From: Corallococcus sp. RDP092CA
GTDB lineage: Bacteria; Myxococcota; Myxococcia; Myxococcales; Myxococcaceae
Length of the DNA stretch: 64,000 nucleotides
Reading direction: 5' to 3'
NCBI RefSeq assembly: GCF_041903675.1
Contig: NZ_JAYESI010000001.1
Span: 160,643-224,642 of the forward strand
Shown: in pieces, positions 56,917 through 64,000 of the stretch
How the letters are laid out: each line of letters opens with the position of its first letter
Numbering within the stretch: position 1 is the first letter of the stretch
The notes under the pieces: model-generated
What the model was told of the DNA's origin: nothing
The model's database searches: none
Seen by the model: only the letters and a program-made list of their open reading frames with translations
Position numbers and translations under genes: made by a program

Positions 56917-57711
56917 CTACTGACGGGCCTGCTCCGCTGATGGCAGGCCCAGGGCCGCCGCGAGCTCCGTGAGCTTCGCCTGCACCTTGCGCATGTTCTC
57001 CGGGCCCATGCGCAGCAGGTGCTTCTCCGCCGCGCTCAGCGCTTCGAGGTTCGGATCCGCGTAGGCATAGAGCGCGCCCTTCGGCGTGAGCTCCGGAGGC
57101 GTCTTCGGGACGGGGACCCGGGTGAGGCGTCCGATGGCCCGCGACAGGGTCGCGTCCAGGCTCCGGCCCGGCGGGGCGAGTTCCGCGTGGGCGGCGTCCA
57201 GCAGCGGCTTGAGCTCCTGATACACCGGCCCGGCCTTCTTCACGTCCAGGGAGACGATGACGCGGACCACTCCGTCGTAACGGGTATGGCTCTCCGGCGC
57301 CGTCACCGTGTGGCCCTGACGCTTCGTCACGCGGAAGGTCCCCGCGGGTGCCATGAAGGACAGCGGCATGCGCGGGCTCTGCCCTTCGGCGACCAGGTTC
57401 ACGGACGCGGCGAAGCGGCGGGCCAGGTCCCCGGCGGACAGCCAGCGCGCGAAGTCCGCGTCCGTGGAGAGCCCTCGCAACAGCTCCCTCACGCGCGCGT
57501 CGGTGCCGGAGAGCTGCACCGCCGGGGGCGGAGGCGGCGCCGGAGGCGTCGGCTCGGCGTAGGCGGGCGTGGGCGCGGGAGGCGGCTCCGACGTGCGCAG
57601 GAGGAAGATGCCCGCTCCGCTCAGGAGCGCCACGACGGTGGCGATGCCCAGGGGCCAGCGCATGGAACGGACGAGAGACGGCGGGAGGGGGGCGTTTTCG
57701 CTGGGGCTCAT
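56917..57711 (-). CDS. Membrane-anchored hypothetical protein (DUF3014-like)
   Basis: N-terminal TM helix, Pro-rich linker, about 180-aa domain. Confidence 0.4.
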   Translation of the reverse strand: MSPSENAPLPPSLVRSMRWPLGIATVVALLSGAGIFLLRTSEPPPAPTPAYAEPTPPAPPPPPAVQLSGTDARVRELLRGLSTDADFARWLSAGDLARRFAASVNLVAEGQSPRMPLSFMAPAGTFRVTKRQGHTVTAPESHTRYDGVVRVIVSLDVKKAGPVYQELKPLLDAAHAELAPPGRSLDATLSRAIGRLTRVPVPKTPPELTPKGALYAYADPNLEALSAAEKHLLRMGPENMRKVQAKLTELAAALGLPSAEQARQ

Positions 57712-57747
57712 ATGAGTGGGGCTGCGGTGGAGGTCGGTTGAGAGGGA

Positions 57748-58284
57748 TTACAGCTCGCCGGCGCGGGCCTGCTCGGCCAGGCGGAAGGAGAACTCCGCGC
57801 GGCGGTTCTTCTCCGGGGCGTTCGGGTCGGCGGGCCGCTCCTCGCCGTAGGAGATGACGGAGATGCGCCCGGGCTCGACGCCCAGGTTCACCAGGTAGGC
57901 GCGCACGCTCGCGGCCCGGCGCTGGCCCAGCGCGAGGTTGTATTCCGTCGTGCCCAGCTCGCAGGTGTGGCCCGCCACCGTCACCTTCGCCAGGCTCCGC
58001 TGACGCAAGGCCCGCGCGATGCGCGACAGCTCCTCGGTGGCCTCGGGCGGGAGGAGGGACGAGTCGAGCGGGAAGTAGATGGGCGCGGCGTTGAGCGCCG
58101 CGAGCGCCTGCTCCGTGTCATCCGGTCCGGGCCGTGGCGCGCGGTCCCGGTCGCTGACGCCGGGCGGCGGTGGATGGGTCGCCGCGTCGGCGGTGCTGGG
58201 GTTGGCCGCGCGCCGCGCGCATCCGGTGAGACCCATCACAGACATCAGGAGCACCCAGGAGGTTCGGTTCATGCCCTGAGACAT
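57748..58284 (-). CDS. OmpA-family peptidoglycan-associated lipoprotein (Pal-like)
   Basis: LTGC lipobox. OmpA_C motifs (VTVAGHTCELGTTEYNLALGQRRA). Confidence 0.7.
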   Translation of the reverse strand: MSQGMNRTSWVLLMSVMGLTGCARRAANPSTADAATHPPPPGVSDRDRAPRPGPDDTEQALAALNAAPIYFPLDSSLLPPEATEELSRIARALRQRSLAKVTVAGHTCELGTTEYNLALGQRRAASVRAYLVNLGVEPGRISVISYGEERPADPNAPEKNRRAEFSFRLAEQARAGEL

Positions 58285-58360
58285 GAGCAAGGGCTGTGCC
58301 GCGGTTCTCTCCTCTGGGGCCTCGCGCGGCGGGGCGCGCTGACTGGCAAAGCGCGTCGTC

Positions 58361-59734
58361 CTAGCGTTGCGAAACGCCGCTGTCGGTCCGCTCCCGGCGG
58401 TGGATGGTGGAGACATCAATCCCCAGCAGCTCCGCCGCCCGCGTCTTGTTGCCTCCGCAGCGGGCAACCACCCACGCGATGTACTCACCCTCCAGCTGTC
58501 GCAGCGGCACCACCTGCCCGTGGGCCGCGGCCAGCGGGTGGGCTTCCGGCGCTCCGTCGGAGGTGTGCAGCCGCAGCTGGGCCAGGTCCACGGTGGGCTG
58601 CGCCCCCAGGACGACCAGGCGCTCCACCAGGTTCTCCAGCTCGCGCACGTTGCCGGGCCACGGCATGCGCGTGAGCGTGGCCACGACCTCCGGGGACAGG
58701 GTGGTGACGGGGGAGCGCGGGTTGCGGGCGCGGGCCTGGGCCACGAAGTGCTCGGCGAGCTTCGGGATGTCCTCCGTGCGCTCGCGCAGCGGGGGGACCC
58801 GGAGCGAGACGACGTTGAGCCGGTAGAAGAGGTCCGCCCGGAACCGGCCTTCCTTCACCCGCGCGTCCAGGTCCTGGTGCGTGGCGGCGAGGATGCGCAC
58901 GTCCACCTTGCGCGAGCCGTCCGCGCCCACCGCGCGCACCTCGCCGTCCTGGAGGACGCGCAGCAGCTTCGCCTGGAGCTCTGCGGGCATGTCCCCGATT
59001 TCGTCGAGGAAGAGCGTGCCCTCGTCCGCCTCCACGAAGAGGCCCCGGCGCGTGGTGGTGGCGCCGCTGAAGGCGCCCTTGATGTGGCCGAACAGCTCGC
59101 TCTCCAGCAGGGCGTGGGGCAGGGCGGTGCAGTTGACCGCCACGAAGGGCGCCTGGCTGCGCGGCCCCTCGGAGTGCAGCGCCCTCGCGACCAGCTCCTT
59201 GCCGCTGCCGCTCTCGCCCCGGATGAGCACCGGCGCCTCGGAGGCCGCCACGCGGTCGATGAGCTCATAGAGCGTGCGCATGGGCACGCTGTGGCCCAGC
59301 AGCGCCCCCATGCCGTTGCGCTGGACCACCTGGCGCTTGAGGTCGCGGTGCTCGGAGCGAAGCCGGCGGGTCTCCAGCGCCCGACCGACGTGGAGCAGCA
59401 CTTCGTCCAGCCGGAAGGGCTTGGTGAGGTAGTGCCAGGCGCCGCGCTTCATCGCCTCCACCGCGCTCTCCACCGCGCCGAAGGCGGTCATCAGCAGCAC
59501 CGGCAGCTCCGGGTCGTGGCGGCGCGCCGCCGCGAGCACGTCCAGCCCGTCCACCTCCTCCATGCGCAGGTCGCACAGGATGACGTCGTAGACGCGGGCC
59601 TTGAGCTGGGCGATGGCGTCCGCGCCGCTCGTGGAGAGGTCCACGCGGTAGCCCGCGTCCGTGAGGGGCTCCTTCAACATCTGTCCCATCTCCTCGTGGT
59701 CATCCACCACGAGGATGCGCGCGCTAGACGGCAT
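58361..59734 (-). CDS. Sigma-54-dependent response regulator (NtrC family)
   Basis: Receiver domain (ILVVDDHEE...CDLRMEEVDG), AAA+ with ESELFGHIKGAFSGA, C-terminal HTH. GGGAGG RBS. Confidence 0.9.
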   Translation of the reverse strand: MPSSARILVVDDHEEMGQMLKEPLTDAGYRVDLSTSGADAIAQLKARVYDVILCDLRMEEVDGLDVLAAARRHDPELPVLLMTAFGAVESAVEAMKRGAWHYLTKPFRLDEVLLHVGRALETRRLRSEHRDLKRQVVQRNGMGALLGHSVPMRTLYELIDRVAASEAPVLIRGESGSGKELVARALHSEGPRSQAPFVAVNCTALPHALLESELFGHIKGAFSGATTTRRGLFVEADEGTLFLDEIGDMPAELQAKLLRVLQDGEVRAVGADGSRKVDVRILAATHQDLDARVKEGRFRADLFYRLNVVSLRVPPLRERTEDIPKLAEHFVAQARARNPRSPVTTLSPEVVATLTRMPWPGNVRELENLVERLVVLGAQPTVDLAQLRLHTSDGAPEAHPLAAAHGQVVPLRQLEGEYIAWVVARCGGNKTRAAELLGIDVSTIHRRERTDSGVSQR

Positions 59735-61904
59735 GCCGTTCCTCCCAGCCGGACGCCGCGGCCACCGGCCACCGCAGCGTGAAGACGGTGCCCCGGCCGG
59801 GCTCGCTCTCGACCCCCACCTGGCCACCGTGATTGCGGACGATCTGCGCCACCACGCTCAGCCCCAGGCCCGTGCCCTGGCCGCGCTTCTTGGTGGTGAA
59901 GAAGGGGTCGAACACCTGGTGCAGGTGCTCCGGTGCGATGCCCCGGCCGTCGTCCTGGAGGCGGATCTCCACCGCCGGGGTGTCCCCCGCCATGCACGCG
60001 GACGCGCTCAGCCGCACGTGGCCCCCGGCGCTGCACGCGTCGCAGGCGTTGAGCGCGAGGTTGAGGAGCACCTGCTGGAGCTGATCCGCGTCCGCGGCCA
60101 GGCTGGGCAGCCGCTCGGGCACGTCCAGCTCGAAGTGGACGCGCCGGCGCTCGGCCTCCACGTCGAGCAGCTCCTGGAGGCCGCGCACCACGGGCGCCAG
60201 CGGGACGACGCCCGCCCGCGCGGGTTGCAGGCGCGACAGGTCCAGCAACTGGCGGATGATGCGGCTCACCCGGTCGATCTGCGTGACGATGGCGGTGAGG
60301 CCCCGGCCCTGCGGGTGCTCCACGCCGCCCACCTTCAGGAGCATGTACTCGGCGTGGCCGCGGATGATGCCCAGCGGCGTGCCGATCTCATGGGCCACGC
60401 CCGCGGCGAGCACGCCCACCGTGGCCAGCTTCTCCGCGCGCAGCAGCTGGTCCTCCAGCATGCGCACGTTGCTCAGGTCCTCCAGCACGAGCAGCGTGCT
60501 GGCCTCGCCGTCGCCGTGCTCCAGCGGGACGGCGTGGACGTTGAACTGGTCCTTCTCGTTGAAGAGGCTGAGCGGCTCGCCGTGCAGGCTGCGCACGGCG
60601 CCCTGGTCCCGCGCGGCCAGCACCATCGCCTCCAGCCGCTGCACCGCCGCCGCGGGCGCGGCGGGGAAGGCCTCAGGGAGCGTGCTGCCCACGGCGGTGG
60701 CGGACAGGCGCGCGCGCAGGGCCTGGTTCACGGCGCTGATGCGGCCCTCGTGGTTCAGGGCCAGGATGCCCGTGGGGATGTGGTCGAGGATCTTCTGCGT
60801 CTTCTCGTGCAGGTGCGCGAACCGGGCGGCGTGGCGCAGGCTCTCCCGGAGCGCCACCGCGCGGCGGTTGGCGAGCACCACATAGGTCCCGAACGCCACC
60901 AGGAACACCGCCACGAGGAGCGCCGCCAGCGACAGGCGGAGCACCAGCGTGCGCTCGTGGGAGCGCAGGGCGCTGGTGGAGGAGAGCGTCGCCACGGACC
61001 AGGACGCCTCGCCCCGCATGCGCAGCGGGCGGAACGTGGCCACCGCGTCCGCGGAGCCCAGGCCCAGGCGCGAGGCCACCGCCTCGTGGAGGCGCAGCGT
61101 CCCGGACCCGCCCGCGCGCATCCGCTCCACCAGCGCGCGCAGCCCGGGCACGCGCGCGCCGTCGGGGCCCTCCAGCCGCCGGTACCAGGACGCCAGGGTC
61201 GGGTCGCTCATGGGGGCGGGCGTGCCGTGGGCGCCCAGGAGGAGCAGCCGCGTGTTCTCCTCCACCGTCACCATGCGCAGCGGCGCGAAGAGGGGCTCGG
61301 TGTCCACGAGGATGGCGACGGCGCCTCCGCCCCCGGGCGCGTCGGCGTCGAGGCGGGTGGCGAAGACGCGCATCCAGCCGGAGGAGGCGGGCCCCTCGAT
61401 GGGGTGCGAGGGGATGACGTACCCCGCCGGGGCCGTGAGCGCCTGCCGCGCGGTCTCCACGAGCGCCGCGGGGTGGACGGCCTCCCGGGACAGGTGGCGC
61501 GACTTGTGGTCCACCAGGAAGAGCCGCTCGTCGCCGTCCGGGCCCAGCACGGCGATGGCGCGATACTGGCCCACGGACTCCAGCAGGGCGCGCAGCTCGT
61601 TGTGGTGATCCGCGGCCGAGCCGGGCTGGGCGAGCAGCTCGCTCGCGAAGCGCAGGTTGTCCCCCAGGTCCTCGAGGGACCGGGCGACGCCGCTGGCGGC
61701 CTCATCCAGCTGGGCCTGCCGGTCGCGCGCGAACTGCTCCACCAGGGCCTGCCGGTCGCGCTGGATGAACCACACGGCGCCGCCCGCCACGCTGGCCAGG
61801 GAGACGAGCAGGAGGACGAGGGGCGCGAGGAGCCGGTGCATGGGGGAGAGGAGCCAGGACAACGCAAGGCCCGGGCCAGTCGTTCCCCCAGGGGACCTCG
61901 CCAC
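59724..61904 (-). CDS. Sensor histidine kinase (NtrB-like partner)
   Basis: TM helix, periplasmic domain, second TM, HisKA H-box (AHEIGTPL), HATPase (GLGLSVV). Overlaps the regulator start by 11 nt. Alternative start at 61841. Confidence 0.85.
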   Translation of the reverse strand: MARSPGGTTGPGLALSWLLSPMHRLLAPLVLLLVSLASVAGGAVWFIQRDRQALVEQFARDRQAQLDEAASGVARSLEDLGDNLRFASELLAQPGSAADHHNELRALLESVGQYRAIAVLGPDGDERLFLVDHKSRHLSREAVHPAALVETARQALTAPAGYVIPSHPIEGPASSGWMRVFATRLDADAPGGGGAVAILVDTEPLFAPLRMVTVEENTRLLLLGAHGTPAPMSDPTLASWYRRLEGPDGARVPGLRALVERMRAGGSGTLRLHEAVASRLGLGSADAVATFRPLRMRGEASWSVATLSSTSALRSHERTLVLRLSLAALLVAVFLVAFGTYVVLANRRAVALRESLRHAARFAHLHEKTQKILDHIPTGILALNHEGRISAVNQALRARLSATAVGSTLPEAFPAAPAAAVQRLEAMVLAARDQGAVRSLHGEPLSLFNEKDQFNVHAVPLEHGDGEASTLLVLEDLSNVRMLEDQLLRAEKLATVGVLAAGVAHEIGTPLGIIRGHAEYMLLKVGGVEHPQGRGLTAIVTQIDRVSRIIRQLLDLSRLQPARAGVVPLAPVVRGLQELLDVEAERRRVHFELDVPERLPSLAADADQLQQVLLNLALNACDACSAGGHVRLSASACMAGDTPAVEIRLQDDGRGIAPEHLHQVFDPFFTTKKRGQGTGLGLSVVAQIVRNHGGQVGVESEPGRGTVFTLRWPVAAASGWEERHAV

Positions 61905-62030
61905 GGGCCCCGCCGCGACCGCCGCAAATCACCACACCGGGGCTGGCACTTTGCCGGACCCGACCGGCGCCGGCCCCCTCCGGGCCTGCGCTAGAGTGGC
62001 CGGCCCCTCGAACGGAGCCCGAGCCTGAAC

Positions 62031-62582
62031 ATGAGCCAGAACCTCTACGACATCCCCCTCACCGGCATTGACGGTTCCCCCCGCACGCTCGGTCAGTACC
62101 GGGGCAAGGTCCTGCTGGTGGTGAACGTCGCGTCCAAGTGCGGCCTGACGCCCCAGTACGAAGGCCTCCAGAAGCTCTACGCGAGCCGGCAGGGCCAGGG
62201 CCTGGAGGTGCTGGGCTTCCCCGCGAACAACTTCCTGGGGCAGGAGCCGGGGAGCGAGGCGGAGATCCAGCAGTTCTGCACCACCACGTACGACGTGACC
62301 TTCCCGCTGTACTCGAAGATCTCCGTGGTGGGGCCGGACAAGCACCCGCTCTACCACGCGCTGACGGGCGCCATCCCGGAGGCCACGGGGGAGGGGCCCA
62401 TGCGCGCGAACCTCAAGGGCTACGGCATCGAGCCCAACCCGCAGCCGGAGGTGCAGTGGAACTTCGAGAAGTTCCTCATCGGCCGGGATGGCCGCGTCGC
62501 GGGCCGCTTCGCGCCGGACGTGACGGCGGACGATCCGCGGCTCGTGCAGGCCATCGACGCGGAGCTGGCGAAGCCGGCCTGA
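62031..62582 (+). CDS. gpx: Glutathione peroxidase
   Basis: LLVVNVASKCGLTPQY active-site Cys motif and FPANNF/WNFEKF motifs. Confidence 0.9.
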   Translation: MSQNLYDIPLTGIDGSPRTLGQYRGKVLLVVNVASKCGLTPQYEGLQKLYASRQGQGLEVLGFPANNFLGQEPGSEAEIQQFCTTTYDVTFPLYSKISVVGPDKHPLYHALTGAIPEATGEGPMRANLKGYGIEPNPQPEVQWNFEKFLIGRDGRVAGRFAPDVTADDPRLVQAIDAELAKPA

Positions 62583-62584
62583 GG

Positions 62585-63280
62585 TCAGCGCTCCGGCGGC
62601 GGGAGCCGTCCGCAGGCGCGGTTGGCCGGGACGGCGACGTCGATCTTCCGGGGAGGCGGCAGCCGGAGGTCCTTCATCACCTGGATGAACTCCTCGCGGC
62701 GCTTCCCCGCGAGGCGCGGGTTGTGCCGCTTCTCCTCGCCGATGCTCGTCGCCAGGTGCCCGTGGTAGTCGTGCCCGGGGTGGACGAGCGTCGCGTCCGG
62801 GAGCCGGAAGAGGACGCGGGTGATGGAGTCATAGAGCTGGCCCGCGTTGCCGTTCTGGAAGTCGGTGCGGCCATTTCCGCGCACGAGCAGCGCGTCGCCG
62901 GTGAACACGCGGTCCCCCAGCAGGTAGCTCACGCTGTCGTCCGTGTGGCCCGGCGTGGCGAGCACCTGGAAGGCGCACCCGCCGACGCGCACCGTGTCGC
63001 CGTGCCGGAGGTGGAGGTCGGCGCACTCGGCCCCGCCGGCTCCGGCCACCACCTGGCACCGCGTGCGCTCGCGCAGCGTCCCCGACGCGGTGACGTGGTC
63101 GGCGTGCACGTGGGTGTCGAAGACGTGGGTGAGGGTGAGGTCCAGCTCGCCGACGAGCCGCAGGTCGCGCTCCACCTGCTCCAGCACCGGGTCGATGAGC
63201 ACGGCCTGACGCGTGGCCTCGTCACCGACGAGGTACGTGTACGTCGAGGACTCGGAGTCGAAGAGCTGGCGGAAGACCAT
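62585..63280 (-). CDS. pdo: Persulfide dioxygenase, second copy
   Basis: About 80% aa identity to the 49703-50404 product. DNA similarity visible over about 700 bp. Confidence 0.8.
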   Translation of the reverse strand: MVFRQLFDSESSTYTYLVGDEATRQAVLIDPVLEQVERDLRLVGELDLTLTHVFDTHVHADHVTASGTLRERTRCQVVAGAGGAECADLHLRHGDTVRVGGCAFQVLATPGHTDDSVSYLLGDRVFTGDALLVRGNGRTDFQNGNAGQLYDSITRVLFRLPDATLVHPGHDYHGHLATSIGEEKRHNPRLAGKRREEFIQVMKDLRLPPPRKIDVAVPANRACGRLPPPER

Positions 63281-63429
63281 GACGAGGCTCCTATCACGGG
63301 AGGAGCGCCTCCTCCGGCTGCCAGGGGGCGCGGCAGGGGTGTCCGCTCCTCGACGTTCCGCCACCTCGGAGGTCAGTAGGCGCGGGCCGCCTCGCCGCGC
63401 AGGCTCGCCCGCGTTCAATGGAGGACGGC

Positions 63430-64000
63430 ATGTCCCGTTCCACGCAGCACCACCGGGTGCTGATCATCGGCGGTGGCACCGCGGGCCTCACGGTCGCGGC
63501 GCGGCTGAAGCGCAAGGGCGTGCAGGGCGTCGCCGTCCTCGAGCCCTCCGCGCATCACTACTACCAGCCGCTGTGGACGCTGGTGGGCGGCGGGGCCGCG
63601 GACATCGCGAGCACCGTGCGGCCGGAGGCGGACTACATCCCCCGGGGGACGCAGTGGATCCGGGACCGGGCGGAGGAGGTGGACCCCGTCCAGCGGCAGG
63701 TGCTCACCCGAGGTGGCGAGCGCGTGTCCTATGACTTCCTCGTGGTCGCTCCCGGCATCCAGCTGGACTGGGACCGGGTGCGCGGCCTGCGCGAGGCGCT
63801 GGAGACGCCGTTCGTGTCCAGCAACTACGACTTCCGGCTCGCGCCGAAGACGTGGGAGATGGTGCGGGCGTTCCAGGGGGGCACGGCCCTGTTCACCCAC
63901 CCGGCCACGCCGGTGAAGTGCGCGGGGGCGCCGCAGAAGATCATGTACCTGGTGGCGGACCACCTGCGCCGGAGCGCGCTCGCCGGGAGGTCACGGGTCG
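63430..64000 (+). CDS. sqr: Sulfide:quinone oxidoreductase (5' partial, runs off window)
   Basis: Manual translation gives MSRSTQHHRVLIIGGGTAGLTVA...HHYYQPLWTLVGGG (FAD Rossmann plus SQR-like motifs). GGAGGA RBS. Not in the supplied ORF track because no stop lies within the window. Confidence 0.65.
   Translation, partial: MSRSTQHHRVLIIGGGTAGLTVAARLKRKGVQGVAVLEPSAHHYYQPLWTLVGGGAADIASTVRPEADYIPRGTQWIRDRAEEVDPVQRQVLTRGGERVSYDFLVVAPGIQLDWDRVRGLREALETPFVSSNYDFRLAPKTWEMVRAFQGGTALFTHPATPVKCAGAPQKIMYLVADHLRRSALAGRSRV

Noticed and set aside
58285-58360. Sigma-54 -24/-12 promoter candidates (also checked upstream of hutU, sqr, pdo copy 2 and maoC)
   Set aside because: The nearest matches (e.g. GGACGACGCGCTTTGC) have wrong GG-GC spacing. 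None fit TGGCAC-N5-TTGC.

Overview
This is a high-GC (about 70% by eye) chromosomal segment that looks myxobacterial (Myxococcus/Corallococcus-like), densely coded on both strands. Housekeeping backbone: tilS-ftsH-folP-glmM-pdxJ-acpS-nnr-tsaE, a hutU/hutI histidine-utilisation operon, a second ftsH with grpE-htrA, gdhA and a tRNA-Thr(CGU). Accessory content: (i) a kal/kce-like gene pair at the left edge; (ii) a tetracycline-repressor-class TetR with two palindromic operators, divergent from a roughly 490-aa FAD monooxygenase and followed by SDR and methyltransferase genes; (iii) a TonB-dependent receptor with a repeat-rich N-terminal extension, translationally coupled to a 5'-nucleotidase-C-domain lipoprotein; (iv) directly 3' of the tRNA-Thr and its terminator, a visibly AT-richer islet (about 47240-49370) encoding a lipoprotein whose C-terminus carries an AHH/HNH-type nuclease motif, then a tightly coupled candidate immunity gene 4 nt downstream. 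This looks like a SitA-like or other polymorphic toxin-immunity pair and is the strongest candidate for an undescribed system here; (v) two dispersed copies of a persulfide-dioxygenase module with a split YeeE/YedE transporter, a TauE/SafE gene remnant and a partial SQR at the right edge; (vi) an NtrB/NtrC-type σ54 two-component pair and a second σ54 activator next to a MaoC dehydratase. A roughly 100-bp tandem duplication of the nnr/tsaE junction and several AT-rich palindromes are also noted. All calls come from reading the translations and DNA by eye; no database search was run.
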